Origin: Mobula hypostoma | Lineage: Eukaryota | Direction: 5' to 3' | NCBI RefSeq assembly: GCF_963921235.1 | Contig: NC_086108.1 | Span: 91,452,001 to 91,516,000 of the forward strand | DNA length: 64,000 bases | In this document: piece after piece, positions 1 through 12,816 of the stretch | Position numbering within the stretch: the first letter of the stretch is position 1 | Layout of the letters: each line of letters starts with the position of its first letter | The notes under the pieces: model-generated | Told to the model about the DNA's origin: nothing | The model's database searches: none | Seen by the model: only the letters and a program-made list of their open reading frames with translations | Translations under genes and position numbers: made by a program

Positions 1-1129
1 TATCAGAAAAATACATGATTCATAATGAATTATGTTTCTCATAATAGATCATTAGCAATTGTACCAAAGTTTGTGCAGGTGTATAACAGATTATAAAATA
101 TTAAAATTAATTTGACATCCAATGTATGGGTAAGTACATACAGTAATGAATATTTCAGCAATTTTCCTATATTGTGTTACATAAAAGACCTAAAATTTAA
201 AAAAAAATTAAATTAAAAGTTTTTGTATGAACTGCAATCCATTGAAGATTATAACTCATCTGAAAGTCTGCCCTTTTGTGTCACATCATTTATCTTTTTG
301 ATTGTTGTGCTCAAATAGTGTTTTTGATCTTAGCTCTCACTGGGTCATTGATTTACTTTGCAGGTGATAGTTCATCATAAAAACAAGTATGTTTGACATA
401 AAGTGGTTCTATCTCATATTTGACATCCTGTAAATCAAGTCCTATGTTTTGGGAAGTTTATATCCCCTGCTTAATTGAAGTATGAAGCTATTGTTGCTAC
501 AATATCAAATTAATCAAAGAGTTGCATGCGAATACTTCTTGATTAGATTAGAGAGCAATGAACATGTAAAAGCTATGCACAAACATGATCTTGAAACCTA
601 CAGACTTAAAAGTAGTAGTTCGACAAAGCATGAGAAATCTTTTGATTAATAACTAACCCTTAAAAGGTAATTCGGTAGCAAAGAACAGGAGGCTGAATAC
701 ACTTCAATGTGGCTAAATTTGGGTGAATTTCTAGAGATTTCCATAATACAAAGCAAAGATTTTATCACAAAAAATAACATGCTCATTATGTGATTTTTTT
801 TTTGTGTTATTTGTTGGTGAATGTCTAAGGCTGTATAAATCTTACAGAGAAATTTGGTTTACTTGTACAACCCTATAATAAATACATCAAGTCGATTACG
901 ACTAGCCATATAACTACAAGAAAGCAGAATTAAATGTGCAAGTGTACATATTTCTGAGTGCAATGAACAAACAGTCTTCTATTTATCCTGGAAAGAAAAT
1001 ATGAATTGGAAAAAAAATCACCAGAGCTTTAGCAAGACAGAACATCAGTTGCTAGAATTGCTGGAGCATCTTCATCATGACAAAGTATAATTTTTCCACA
1101 TGTTCCTTTTCCCCACAATAAAGGTAAAG

Positions 1130-1560
1130 ATCATCTTATTTGTCAAATGTACATTGCGATATCGAAACAGACAGTGAAATGAGTCATTTGCAGCAATGAC
1201 CAACACAGTCATAGATGTGCTATGGGTGGCCCGCAGGTGTCATTATGCTACTGGCGCCAACATAGCATGCCAAGAACTTACGAATCCTAACTTGGAATGT
1301 GGGAGGAAAATGGAGCACCCAGAGATGACCAACACAGTCCCAGATGTGCTGGGGACAGCACGCAAGTGTTGTCATAACTTACTAACACTAACCCAAGCGT
1401 CTTTGGAATGTAGGAGGAAACAGGAGCACCTGGAGGAAACCCATGTAGTTACAAGGAGAAAGTACAAAGTCCTTACAGACAGCAGTGTGAATTGAACCCC
1501 AAACTTATAGCAGGTACTATAAACCATTCTGCTAATCTCTACACTGCCGTGTCAGCCTAA
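1130..1560 (-). mobile_element. tRNA-derived V-SINE-like element with an internal duplication
   Basis: Contains ggaatgtgggaggaaa..ggagcacc..gaggaaacccatg, typical of the V-domain; atgaccaacacagtc occurs at both 1196 and 1325. Confidence 0.6.
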
Positions 1561-2329
1561 TGTAATTGTGTTAGACTTATGAGACATCTATCCTTCTTAT
1601 AGTTGTCTCTTACTGTGCTTTTTCTAAAATAGAAACATGAATACAGCAAATTATGAATTCATAACAGTAACATAATAATTAGGAATTATGCTGAGCTCCT
1701 AGATTGAGCTCCTAGATTAAGCTCCTAGTCAAACCTTGTCAGTCTCAGTTATATTTTTGGCTGCTGCCAGGATACCAGTTATTGACCTGCTTAGTAAACT
1801 ATGTCTGGACTGCTGCTGAACAGTGAGAGAACAGAATCCTTTTTGATTACAGTATATCTCAAGGATGAAATGCAATGTCTTTCTGGTTAGTGCCATCTAC
1901 CCTATAGGGTAACTTAGATTCCCAGCAATGTCTCTCCACCTGCTGCTGCCTTGCTTGGTAGAACAAAATGTAGTCAGTTCCCTTTGAACAGATGGAGCAA
2001 CGTTGCAAACTTCTTTCATTGTAGTCTGCAAGGAGCCAGGCTGGAGTTTGTTGCCAAAGGCAATGTAGTCTTGCCTTGCTCTGCTATTGCATACAGCACA
2101 GAAACAGGGCTGTCGGCTCACATCAGTTCTGCCAACAAATGACTGTCCATCTTTACTAATCTCATTTTCCCACCACATAGTCCATAGCCTTCTTGGTCCT
2201 GGTTGTTCAGCTGCTCATCTTGATGCTTCCTAAAAGTTAGCGGAACAGCTGCCTCCACCATCTATTCAAACAATGCGTTCCACCTTCAAGAAGGGGAAGT
2301 TGGGAGGACACTCGCCAGTGATGGGGAGA

Positions 2330-2952
2330 ATATGCACCATCAAGAGATCAGCAGAGGAAAGGGAGAGCAGCTTCAACTTCCTGGGCATCACGTCTCAGAA
2401 GATCTATCCTGGGCCAAACATGGTGATGCAATCAAGCAAAAGGCACCCCTTCATTAGGGGTTTGAGGAGATTTGGTATGTCACCAAATTTCTACAGATGT
2501 GCCATGGAGAGCATTTTGACTGATTGCATCACCGCCTGCTCTGGAGGTTCCAATGTATAGGATTGCAAAGAGAAGCAGAGGATCGTAGACATAGTTAGCT
2601 CTGGCAGGGGCACAACCCTCCCCACCATTGAGGACATCATCAAAAGGTAATGCATCCCTCATTAAGGGTCCTCACCAGCCAGGGCATAGCCTCTTCTCAT
2701 TACTACCATTAGGAAGGAGATGCAGGAGCCTGAAGATCCATAGCCAATATCTTAAGTACAGCTTCTTCTCCTCTGCTATCAGGTTTCTGAACAGTCCATA
2801 AACTCATGAACACTATCTCATTATTTGTCTTTTGCACTATTTATTTATTTATTTTGTAACTTATAGTATTTTTATGAATGCACTATACTGTTGCCACAAA
2901 ACAGTAAATATTCATGATGTCTGTCAATGATAATAAATCTGGTTCTGATTCT
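2330..2952 (+). mobile_element. 3' fragment of a Rex1/Babar-like LINE
   Basis: ORF 2273..2560 (FNFLGIT...NFYRCAMESILTDCITA) and a tail ending aataaatctggttctgattctga. Confidence 0.7.
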
Positions 2953-3079
2953 GAGATTCAAACCAATGTTCTGGGTGTCCTACGTTCTGTCTGCCAGAGA
3001 AAGCAGGATCTCCCAGTGGCCACACATTTTAATTCCACATCCCATTCCCATTCTGATACGTCTATCCATGGCCTCCTCT

Positions 3080-3540
3080 CGTCTTCGTTGTGGCTATCCC
3101 TTGATGTCAAGAATGATGATCTTTGTCCGTTGATCTATTTAAGGACTCTCAAGAGGCTTACGAGTCCAATCTTATGGCCCACAGAGTGAAGACGCTTGTG
3201 CGTGTATTTGTTTAACGTGTTCTTGATGTTGCACTCCAAGAAGCACACGATACTTCACAAATCAACCAATCGATTCCAATGGCATGGAAACCACGACGAT
3301 TGGAGCTGATGGATTTATTGCAGCCTTCATCCGCCTTCACAGCCGTTGAGTTCAAAGTAACTTCATCCGCCTGTTCCACCGTTGAGGTCTTGGTTGGATT
3401 GTTGTTTGTAAGGGACCTCACCCTTGACCTTACCGCCATGGGTGACCCTACTAGGAGCATAGCTCCAGACGGCATTGCTGTCGGGATCTCAGGACCACAC
3501 AAGTTTCTCCACCGTGACAAGGTGACAATCCACAGAGAAG
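3080..3540 (-). mobile_element. non-autonomous RTE-derived retroposon (RTE-like 5' UTR fused to an RTE 3' end)
   Basis: 10-bp TSD ggcctcctct at 3070-3079 and 3541-3550; its left ~100 nt match the 3' end of the RTE at 7945-8040. Confidence 0.8.
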
Positions 3541-3958
3541 GGCCTCCTCTACTGTCAAGATGAAGCCACACTCAGGTTGGAGGAACAACACCTTATATTC
3601 TGTCTGGGTAGCCTCCAACCTGATGGCATGAACACCGTTAATGCCCCACCTCCCCTTCGTACCCCATCCCTTATTTATTTATTATTTATTTTTTCTTTTC
3701 CCTTTTTTTCCTCTCTTTTTTCTCCCTCTGTTCCTCTCACTATAACTCCTTGCCCATCGTCTGGGCTACCCCCCCTCCCCCTTTCTTTCCCCCTAGGCCT
3801 CCCGCCCCATGATCCTCCCTTCTCCAGTCTCGTATTCCTTTTGCCAATCAACTTTCCAGCTCTTAGCTCCATCCCTCCCCCTCCTGTCTTCTCCTATCAT
3901 TTTGGACCTCCCCTTCCCCCTCCCACTTTCAAATCTCTTACTATCTCTTCTTTCAGTT

Positions 3959-3994
3959 AGTCCTGACGAAGGGTCTCGGTCCGAAACGTCGACT
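3959..3994 (+). ncRNA. minimal type-I hammerhead ribozyme motif in a Penelope terminal repeat
   Basis: AGTC-CTGACGA-aGGGtctcggTCC-GAAA-CGTC^GACT: both core boxes, stem I AGTC/GACT, short stem II, palindromic ACGT in place of stem III, GUC cleavage triplet. Confidence 0.75.
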
Positions 3995-4813
3995 GCATCT
4001 CTTCCTATAGATGCTGCCTGGCCTGCTGCATTCCACCAGCATTTCTTATGTGTGTTGCTTGAATTTCCAGCACCTGCAGATTTCCTCATGTTCTGGGTGA
4101 AAACTCTTTTTACTTCAGGTCTCCTTTAAACCACTTTTCCCTTCCCTTAAACCTGAGACATCTAACTTTAGACATATTCAAGTTGGAATGGTGCAGAAAC
4201 ATGGCATAGAAATGGCCCTTCAGCCCACCAAGTCTATACTGACCATCAACCACTGACTATTTATACTAATCCTACATTAATTCAATTTGGTTATTCTCTG
4301 CCTGCCCACCCCCCCGCAAAAAAAAATTCTCAGCAACTCTGCCAATGTACCTCCACTACCTATACATTAGGGGAAAAATACAGTGACAAATAAACACGAC
4401 CTTGGGAAGTAAAAGCAAATTGGAACACCCAGGGGAACCTAACTCATTCACAGGAAGAATGTGCAAATTCCATATGGACAGCACCTGGAATGAACCAGGA
4501 TCTCTGGCACTGTGAGATACCAGCTGTATGCCTGTACCTTCTGAACCTCAGCTGTTTGCATTGCATTCCTCACCAAAGGCTGATGGAGGTCATTTGTTTC
4601 CCAACAATCCAGAACATATATGGCTTCCTTTTGAGGCTCCAGTCTCCATCTGCCACTCTGACTATTTGCCAAACTGGGAAGTGCAGCCTGCTCTTTCTCA
4701 AGAGATATTTGTATCTCTTGACACACTCTTTGTTCAAAAACCCTGATATCAGAAAGAAGCTATCAACACCTGCTACTCAAGCCCCTGTAAGCTTACGCAG
4801 CTCGCAGGATTTA

Positions 4814-5348
4814 CACTCAGTGGCCACTTTATTAAGTAGACTGGTACATCTGCTCATTAATGCAGATACCCCATCAGCCAATCATGCGGCAGCAACTCAA
4901 CGCATAAAACCACGAGGACATGGTCAAGAGGTCCAGTTATTTTTCAGATAAAACTTCAGAATAGGGAAGAAATATGATCTAAGTGACTTTGACCGTGAAA
5001 TGATTGTTGGTGCCAGGCGAGATGGTTTGAATATCTCAGCAGTTGCTGATCTCCCAGGATTCTCACACACGACAGTCAATAGAGAATGGTGCAAGAAACG
5101 AAAAGATCCAGTCAGCGGCAGTTCTGTGGGTGAAAATGCCTTGTTAATGAGGGAGGCCAGACTGGTTCAAGCTGACAGGAAGGTGACAGCAACCGCACGC
5201 TGCAAGAATGGTGTGCCAGAGGGCATCTCTTAATGCACAACACATCAAACCCTAAAATGGATGGGCTGCAGCAGCAGTAGACCATGAACATACACTAGTG
5301 GTCACTCTAATAAGTTCAGTGGGTCCCTAATAAAGTAGCCACTGAGTG
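4814..5348 (+). mobile_element. internally deleted Tc1/mariner element
   Basis: TIRs cactcagtggccactttatta / taataaagtagccactgagtg, TA on the left; remnant of the transposase HTH (DLSDFDREMIVGARRDGLNISAVADLPGFSHTTV). A partial second copy lies at about 10199-10450. Confidence 0.85.
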
Positions 5349-6042
5349 TGTATACGTCAGCATTTTGACCCAAAATGTCAACAATTCCTTTCCTGCCAGA
5401 GATGCTGCTCAGCCTGTCAAGTTCCTCTAGCAGATATATTGCTTGAAGGATCTATACTATGCCGCAGATCATGCAAATATATGAATTAGGAGCAGCTATA
5501 GACCAGCGGTCCCCAACCACCGGGCCGCGGACTGGTACCGGGCCGTGAGGAAACTATATGAGTCAGCTGCACCTTTCCTCATTCCCTGTCATGCACTGTT
5601 GAACTTGAACATAGGGTTGCCAACTGTCCCATATTTGCCGAGACATCCCGTATATTGGACTAAATTGGTTTGTCCCATACGGGACCGCCCTTGTCCCATA
5701 TTTCCCCCGGTAAGGTAAAGTGTTCCTATGAAACCTTTCGTGCCGAAGTGGCGTGAAGCGAAGAAACAATTACCATTAAATTACACGGGAAATGATTTGA
5801 GCGTTCCCAGACCCAAAAAATAACCTACCAAATCATTCCAAATAACACATAAAACCTAAAATAACACTAACATGTAGTAAAAGCAGGAATGATATGATAA
5901 ATACACAGCCTATATAAAGTAGAAATAATGTATGTACAGTATAGTCGAGAAGATTAAGTCAAAGTCTATTTGTGGGAAAAAAAATTGGCACGTACACACA
6001 TGCACACACAGGTGCCTGCGCAAGGCTTCATGGTCATGGTAG

Positions 6043-6413
6043 CAACACACATAAAAGTCGCTGGTGAACGCAGCAGGCCAGGCAGCATCTCTAGGAAGAG
6101 GTACAGTCGATGTTTCGGGCTGAGACCCTTCGTCGGGACTAACTGAAAGAAGAGATAGTAAGAGATTTGAAAGTGGGAGGGGGAGGGGGAGATCCGAAAT
6201 GATAGGAGAAGACAGGAGGGGGAGGGATGGAGCCAAGAGCTGGGCAGTTGATTGGCAAAAGGGATATGAAAGGATCATAGTCCTGACGAAAGGTCTCAGC
6301 CCGAAACGTCGACTGTACCTCTTCCTAGAGATGCTGCCTGGCCTGCTGCGTTCACCAGCAACTTTTACATGTGTTGCTTGAAATTCCAGCATCTGCAGAT
6401 TTCCTCGTGTATA
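6043..6413. mobile_element. short Penelope insertion made of two inverted terminal-repeat pieces
   Basis: Minus-orientation piece 6043-6278 followed by a plus-orientation piece; TSD gtcatggtag at 6033-6042 and 6414-6423. Confidence 0.85.
6279..6314 (+). ncRNA. minimal type-I hammerhead ribozyme motif (Penelope)
   Basis: AGTC-CTGACGA-aaGGtctcagcCC-GAAA-CGTC^GACT; core intact, stem II weakened. Confidence 0.65.
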
Positions 6414-7943
6414 GTCATGGTAGTCTTTCTCGGGGTAAACACTGTCCCGTATTTGACTGCTACTTTTGTTCCTTATTTGGGAGTGAAAAAGTTGGCAACC
6501 CTAACTGTAAAAGACATGTTGAGGTGAGTTTAACCCTACTTGAACACCCTCCTCCGGTTGGCCGGTCCGCAAGAATATTGTCAATATTAAACCGGTCCAC
6601 GGTGCAAAAAAGGTTGGGGACCCCTGCTATAGACTGCTTGGCTTCTCCTGTAATATCATAACTAATTGGATTGCAAATTCATATTCCTGTCTAGCTGAGT
6701 TAAATTTCACTCTGAATAGTTATTAAGAATCTACCTTAAGAATGATCGAACACCCCTGATTCCATTGTACCTTGAAGGAGGGCATTCCAGAGACACACGG
6801 TCTTCAGAGAGAACAAAGATACACCTCAACCCTGCAAGCTTTTAAAAAAAAATGCAGTGATCCTTAGTTCTAGACACAAGAGATGCTGGAAATCCTTAGT
6901 TCGACATTTTCCCACATGGGAAAATTTTCTCCACATCCTTAAGCCTCCTCATGATCTTCAGTTTCAATCAAGGCACATCTCTCTGTTTTAAACTCCAGTA
7001 GATACAAGCCTAGCCTCCACAACTTTTCCTCTAAGACAATTGCCCTATTATGGGAATGGTCAGGTTCGGTTTAGTTCAGATGCCACAACCTTTGCTGGTT
7101 GTGGGGCACTTTCAAATGTCTTGAGCTAGTGAGGCCTGGTGGTGCCCATCCCTCTCTAGGCCAGGCCACAGCCTATGTCCTCCAACTCGATGGCTCACCC
7201 CGGTCTCAAACATGCGGCCGTTGTAGTTCTTTGGGGAACTCATCCACCCTGGCTGGTGACTTTGTTGACGAGGTCCTTCGTCCAGTGGTGCCATGTTAAC
7301 AGCACCCCCTTACGTCGCTCAGATTGCCAGCTGAAGTGGCATAGCCAGACATCAAAGGTACTACCTCTATCCAGAGCCCCCTACACCCCAGTACATGAAC
7401 TGCTTCCAGTACATTTACATCCCTCTTTGAATGAGAGGAACAGCAATGTACACAGTACTCCTACAATGCACTGCAGTGACCCACCTATTCTGAGAGCACC
7501 TGCCAAACTCGTGACCTCTAGCAAAAAGAATAGCAAATGACTCAGGTGGATCGGAACCAGCTTACCTTCCAAGATGCACATCATCATCCAATTTCTTCCC
7601 AACAGCACTGTAGGAGAACCTTGATCAGGAGTGCAATGCTTCAAGAGGCTGCTCACCACCAAGGGCAATTAGGTTTCAGCAATAAATTTGAAGTTTGCTA
7701 GTGACTCGTTGATTCCAGAAAAAAAAGTCATTATTTCTCTTTATTTTTCCCCTGAATACTCTGAAAACAATTCAAATAACTTACAAGAGTGCATATCTTT
7801 TCCTGTGTTTATACCTTAGAGAGAGGAACCAGTGTGGCACTAGGAAATAAGAGATTTATACTAGAAGTAGATAGGTAAAGAGCTTGGGTCCACTTGTAGT
7901 TGCACCTATTGATCCTTGTACGAGGATTGACTGAGTTTAACTC

Positions 7944-8860
7944 CTCGTCATTGTCATGGCTATCCCTCGAGGTCGAGGATGATGGTCTTCATTCTACTGA
8001 TCTACTTACAGGCTCTCAAGTGGCTTATGAGTCCAATCTTGGCTTTGAAAGTTCTTCCGCATTCAGGACAGGTAGTTCCAGATGGCAGATCGGACTTTGG
8101 CTGTTGCTGCCTCTCTTTCCATTTTCTTCTCTTTTCTTCTAATTCTGCACATCTGTTGGCTTTGAAAGTTGCTGTTCCTTCTCGGATGATGGCTTGCCGG
8201 AGTTTCCTGTCCTTGGCATTGGTTTCCCAATTGTTGATGTCAGTGTTACATTTCTTCATGTTGGCTTTTAAGACATCTTTGAATCTCTTCTGTTGTCCGC
8301 CTCTTTTACGTTTGCCTTCTTTAAGCTGGGAGTAGAAGATTTGTTTCGGCATGTACGTCTTTCATCCGAACAACATGACCGCTCCATCTTAGCTGGTTCT
8401 TGATGACATAGGCTTTGATGCTTGTTGTTTTTGCTTCAACAAGCACCGATGTTGGTTCTTCTATCTTCCTAGCTGATATTTAAGATGTTTCGAAGACAGC
8501 ATTGATGGAACTTTTCAAGTGTCTTCAGATGTCGTCACTATGTTGTCCAGGTTTCTGATGCATACAGGAGCGTTGGGATTACTACTGCTTTGTACATTAA
8601 CATTTTGGTGTCTGTTCGGATGTCACAATCATGAAAGACTCTTGTTCGGAGACGTACAAAAGCTGTTCCAGCGCATTTAAGACGATGTTGGATCTCGTCA
8701 TTAAGGTTGACATTGGAGGAGAGGTGACTTCCAAGATACAGAAAGTGGTCCACGTTTTCCAGGGTTGTTTCGCCAAGTTGAATTGATGGTTCTATCTGAT
8801 TTGTTTCAATTGGTGACGGTTGATAGATGATCTGAGTCTTCTTGGAATTGATGGTTAGCT
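7944..8860 (-). mobile_element. 5'-truncated RTE-clade LINE
   Basis: ORFs 8538..8753 (HFLYLGSHLS...YKAVVIPTLLYASETWT) and 8002..8352 (MPKQIFYSQL...GGQQKRFKD...CPECGRTFKAKIGLISHLRAC). Confidence 0.9.
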
Positions 8861-9013
8861 ATTCAGAGTAACACACACAAAATATTGGAGGAACTCAGCA
8901 GGGCAAGTAGCATCTATGGAAGGAAGAAGGGGTAGACCTACTAGGTTCCCTTAGCATTTGTGTGTATTTCCACCATCTGCAGAACCAGGATGTATTTCAG
9001 GATGTGTTTCAAA

Positions 9014-9170
9014 GGGGGGGTGTGTGTGTGTGTGAAGTTGGGGAGAGAGGGGGTGAGAGGGGAGAGAGAGAGCGGGGAGAGAGAGGGGGGAGAGGGGAGA
9101 GAGAGGGGGAGGGGGAGAAGGGGAGGTGAGAGAGGGGGGAAATGTAGTGGAGAGGTGGGGGGGAGTTGGA
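9014..9170 (+). repeat. (GT)n followed by a GA/G-rich low-complexity tract
   Basis: Seen directly; explains the spurious ORFs at 8941-9289. Confidence 0.9.
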
Positions 9171-10974
9171 ATGGCTGTGGTGGTGAGTGGTTAGTGTTCG
9201 AACTGATATCATGCATGCAGATTTGCTCCTTTATCCGCTGTCAAAATGACAGGAACCACAATAAACACAGTTTGAGGATGGGTAAATAACAAGGTCAATG
9301 CAGGGCTTTCCAAGTGCGGCAAAGATTTTGCTGATTTAAGATGAGAATGAAGAGGATAAATTGTGTCGAAATGAGTCTACATGAACGGAGAGTAAGATCG
9401 CAAAATATGTTTTATCGATGAGATCACAGAAATTTAAGCATGCAATATTTTTACAAAAATATTAATAGGTTACAAAATAAAGCTTTATTAAAATTTATGG
9501 TTTTCATTACTTTGTGCCCAATGTCTTTATGTTCTCATTAGTATGGTGAATTAGTTATTCTTCAGCTGTGCTTTCAATATGCATGTGATTGATAATCCAC
9601 AATTCTTTCAGAATTTGCAACTAAGAATTAAACAACAAATAAAATGTTATTGCAGTAAACAAACCAAATAAAAAAATAAATTGATACTTGAAACATGTAT
9701 TGCAACATGAAATTTTTATTGCAAACATATATGAACCACATTTTAAAATTATTTCAAGCAAATGTTTGATATATCAGTTAATTATTCAAACTTGAAATGA
9801 GCATTGTTCTGTAATGAAGTCAGGACTGACTGGGATAAATTCTTTCATTTATGAAACATAATTGTTTAAAATCCCTTTACATCAATCAGTCTGTGTTTTA
9901 TATGTTGCTTGTGCAACATGGATATTATTGTATTCTGTTCCAGAGGCAAATTATTGGAAGACACTGAGTTATAGCAATCATTATGTATCCCACAAGGGCA
10001 TTCAGGGTTGTGATCATACATTTTTAATAGAGTCAATTTAATCAATAATAATGTTTGGGTTAATTTCTTGCAAAACATAAAGTATAAAATTATTATACCA
10101 ACTTTCAAATCCTGCCATGTCATATCGCTCCAGATCAGTATAAACGCAACATTTAATTTTACGGCTTCAATCAGCAATCATTATATAAATAACATGTACA
10201 TTCAATGGCCACTTTATTAGGTACACCTGGACACCTGCTTGTTAATGAAAATATCTAATCAGCCGATTATGCACAATGCATAAACGCATGCCGACATGGT
10301 CAAGAGGTTCAGTTGTTGTTCAAAGCAAACATGAGAATGGGGAAGAAATGTGATCCAAGTTACTTTAGCCATGGAAGGATTGTTGGTGCCATACAGGTTG
10401 GTTTGAGTATCTGAGAAACTGCTGATCTCCTGGAGTTTAGAGAATGGAGCAAAAAAAATAAAACGGCTTGAAAAGAGATAAGCTATAGCTTATAGGTCAG
10501 CAGCAGCTCCATGCATACTATGGAACTGTGCATGTTTCTTTAATAGAACTGATGACATGGATCTGTTGTCAATTTTAATATGAAGATAAGTTTCCGTAAT
10601 TAAGCTTAATTGTCTTCTTTTCTATACAGGTCACAAATGTTAGCAAAAATTGATTTTGACTCACATTTGGGCTTCTTTCTTAGGACATGCATTATTGCCT
10701 ACACCATTGAAATTTATTGACTGTAGATCTCAAGTGATAATAATTCATTGATGGGGATAACTCTGCTGGGAGGGACTTGTTTTGGCAGCGGACTCATATT
10801 TTAGCCATTACAAATAGTTCTATAACAGTTAAGTGTATGAACCTTCAAGATTTCAACTGCATCAACAAGTAAAACATGTTGTTCAATTTCATGCTGGCTT
10901 GTTCAACCTGTACACATGCATTATGGTACAAAAGCAGGATGAGGTACAACACTGGAGACATCTGTCAACCTGCT

Positions 10975-12290
10975 CCAATTTGCCTACCATCACGACAGCT
11001 CGATAGCAGACACTATTTCATTCGCTCTTCTCTCAGCTCTAGAACACCTGAACAATGAAGATGCATATGTCAGGATGCTTTTCATCGACTACAGCTCAGC
11101 ATTCAGCACTATCATCCCAGGAATCTCATCACTAAGCTCCAGGTCATGGGTCTTAGTACCTCCCCATGCAAATGATCTTCATTTTCCTCACTGGAAGACC
11201 CCAGTTTGTATGGATTGACACCAACATCTCCTCCACACTCACCATCAACACAGATGCATCATTGGGTTGTGTGCTTAGCTTCCTACTTTACTCACTTTAA
11301 TATTTATGATTGTGTGGCTAAGTACAACTAAGTATTTAAATTTGCTGTTTACACCATCATTGTTAGCTGAATAAAAATGATGATAAATCAGAATATTGGA
11401 GGGAGATTGAAAATCTGGGTGAATGGTGCCATAACAACCTCTCAGGCAACATCAGCAAAACCAAAAATTTGATGACTGACTACAGGTGGAAGAAGCTAAC
11501 CAGTCCACATTAGAGGATCAGAGGTGGTGAGGCTTAGTAGCTTCAAACTTTCGGTGTTAACATATCAGAGGATCTTTTCTGGGACAAGCACATAAGTGTC
11601 ATCGCAAAGAAAGCATGACAAACTACTTTCTTACGTAGATTTGGCATGTCACCAAAAACTTTTAACTCATGCTGACACAATTGTACTTCTATGTTATATT
11701 ATTTACATATGTACATATGTACATATTATTTATTATAAATTACTATAAATTGCACATTGCACATTTAGATAGAGACATAACGTAAAGATTTTTTATTCCT
11801 CGTGTATATGAAGAATGTAAGTAATAAAGTCAATTCAATTCAATTTTAACAAACTTCTATAAATGCACAGTTGAAAGAATCCTAACCAGTTACATCATAG
11901 CCTCGTAGGGAAACACAAGTGTCTAGGAATGGAAAAGGGACAGAGATGCAGCCCAATTCATCACAGGCAAAGCCCTCTACACCACTGCCTCAAGAAGGCA
12001 TCATCCATCATCAAAGATCCCACCATCCATGCCATGCCCTCTTCTCACTTCTACCATCGTGCAGGAGCTACAGAAGCCATAGGTCCCACACTATCAAGTT
12101 CAGGAACAGTTATTACCCTAAGCCATCAGGCTCCTGAACTAGTGTGGAAAACTTCACTCACCTGAACTATGACTTGACAATACAACCTACAGACTCACTT
12201 TCAGGACCATTTACAACTCATGCTCTCAGTATTATTTTTTATTTGAACAGCTTTTTTTCCTTTGCACATTGGTTGTAAGTCTTTGTCCAT
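10975..12290 (+). mobile_element. decayed Rex1/Babar-like LINE (RT to 3' end)
   Basis: gtcaggatgcttttcatcgactacagctcagcattc ([12 protein letters not shown]), homologous to the copy at 30359. Confidence 0.75.
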
Positions 12291-12816
12291 TATGTATCAT
12301 TTTTAGTGAGAGAGATGATAGGTGGAAAAGGTAAAGGGTTGAAGAAGGAAACCGATAGGAGAAGAGAATGGACCATAAGCAAAGGGAATATGCACCTCCA
12401 AGCTGTTCACTTCATCACCCCTCCCATACCCATTCACCTTGCTTCACCAATCACCTACCAAATTGCACTAATTCCCCTATTCCCACCTTCATATTCTGGC
12501 TTCTTCTGCCTTCCTTTCCAGTCCTGATGAAGGGTCTCGGTGAAAAATGTCAACTATTTAACACTCTATCGATGCTGTCTGATCTGCTGAGTTCCAATTA
12601 AAACAGTGCCAACCATTCTTGTTCTGACAGTGTTCTACATATGAACAATACAAGGAATGAGGAAGAGAATTGCCATTGCCAAAAAAAAACTATGGGCAGG
12701 ACACAGGTTGAGTATTGGGAGGTGCATGTAATATTATAAATAACTAATTTCCTGTTCATTCACTCTAATAAAACCACCTACAAATTTCAGTAAAGAAATA
12801 TCAAATATTTAACAGA

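Larger units (their letters stand above)
2965..4091 (+). mobile_element. Penelope-like element 3' part (GIY-YIG C-terminus plus terminal repeat), interrupted by an RTE-derived SINE
   Basis: Joining across the insertion gives LRSVCQRKQDLPVATHFNSTSHSHSDTSIHGLL|YCQDEATLRLEEQHLIFCLGSLQPDGMN, followed by a pyrimidine tract and the hammerhead repeat. Confidence 0.8.
5504..6626. mobile_element. non-autonomous hAT (Charlie-like) element carrying nested elements
   Basis: TIRs cagcggtccccaacc / ggttggggacccctg; perfect 8-bp TSD ctatagac at 5496-5503 and 6627-6634. Confidence 0.9.

Noticed and set aside
1692..1728. Short 13-bp tandem repeat (gagctcctagatt, about 3 copies) as a CRISPR-like array
   Set aside because: No spacers and a eukaryotic context; simple slippage duplication.
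3577..3960. Pro/Leu/Ser-rich and Gly/Arg/Glu-rich ORFs (also near 8941-9289, 15089-15324, 58588-58932)
   Set aside because: These are translations of purine/pyrimidine-biased repeat tracts that lack stop codons for compositional reasons.
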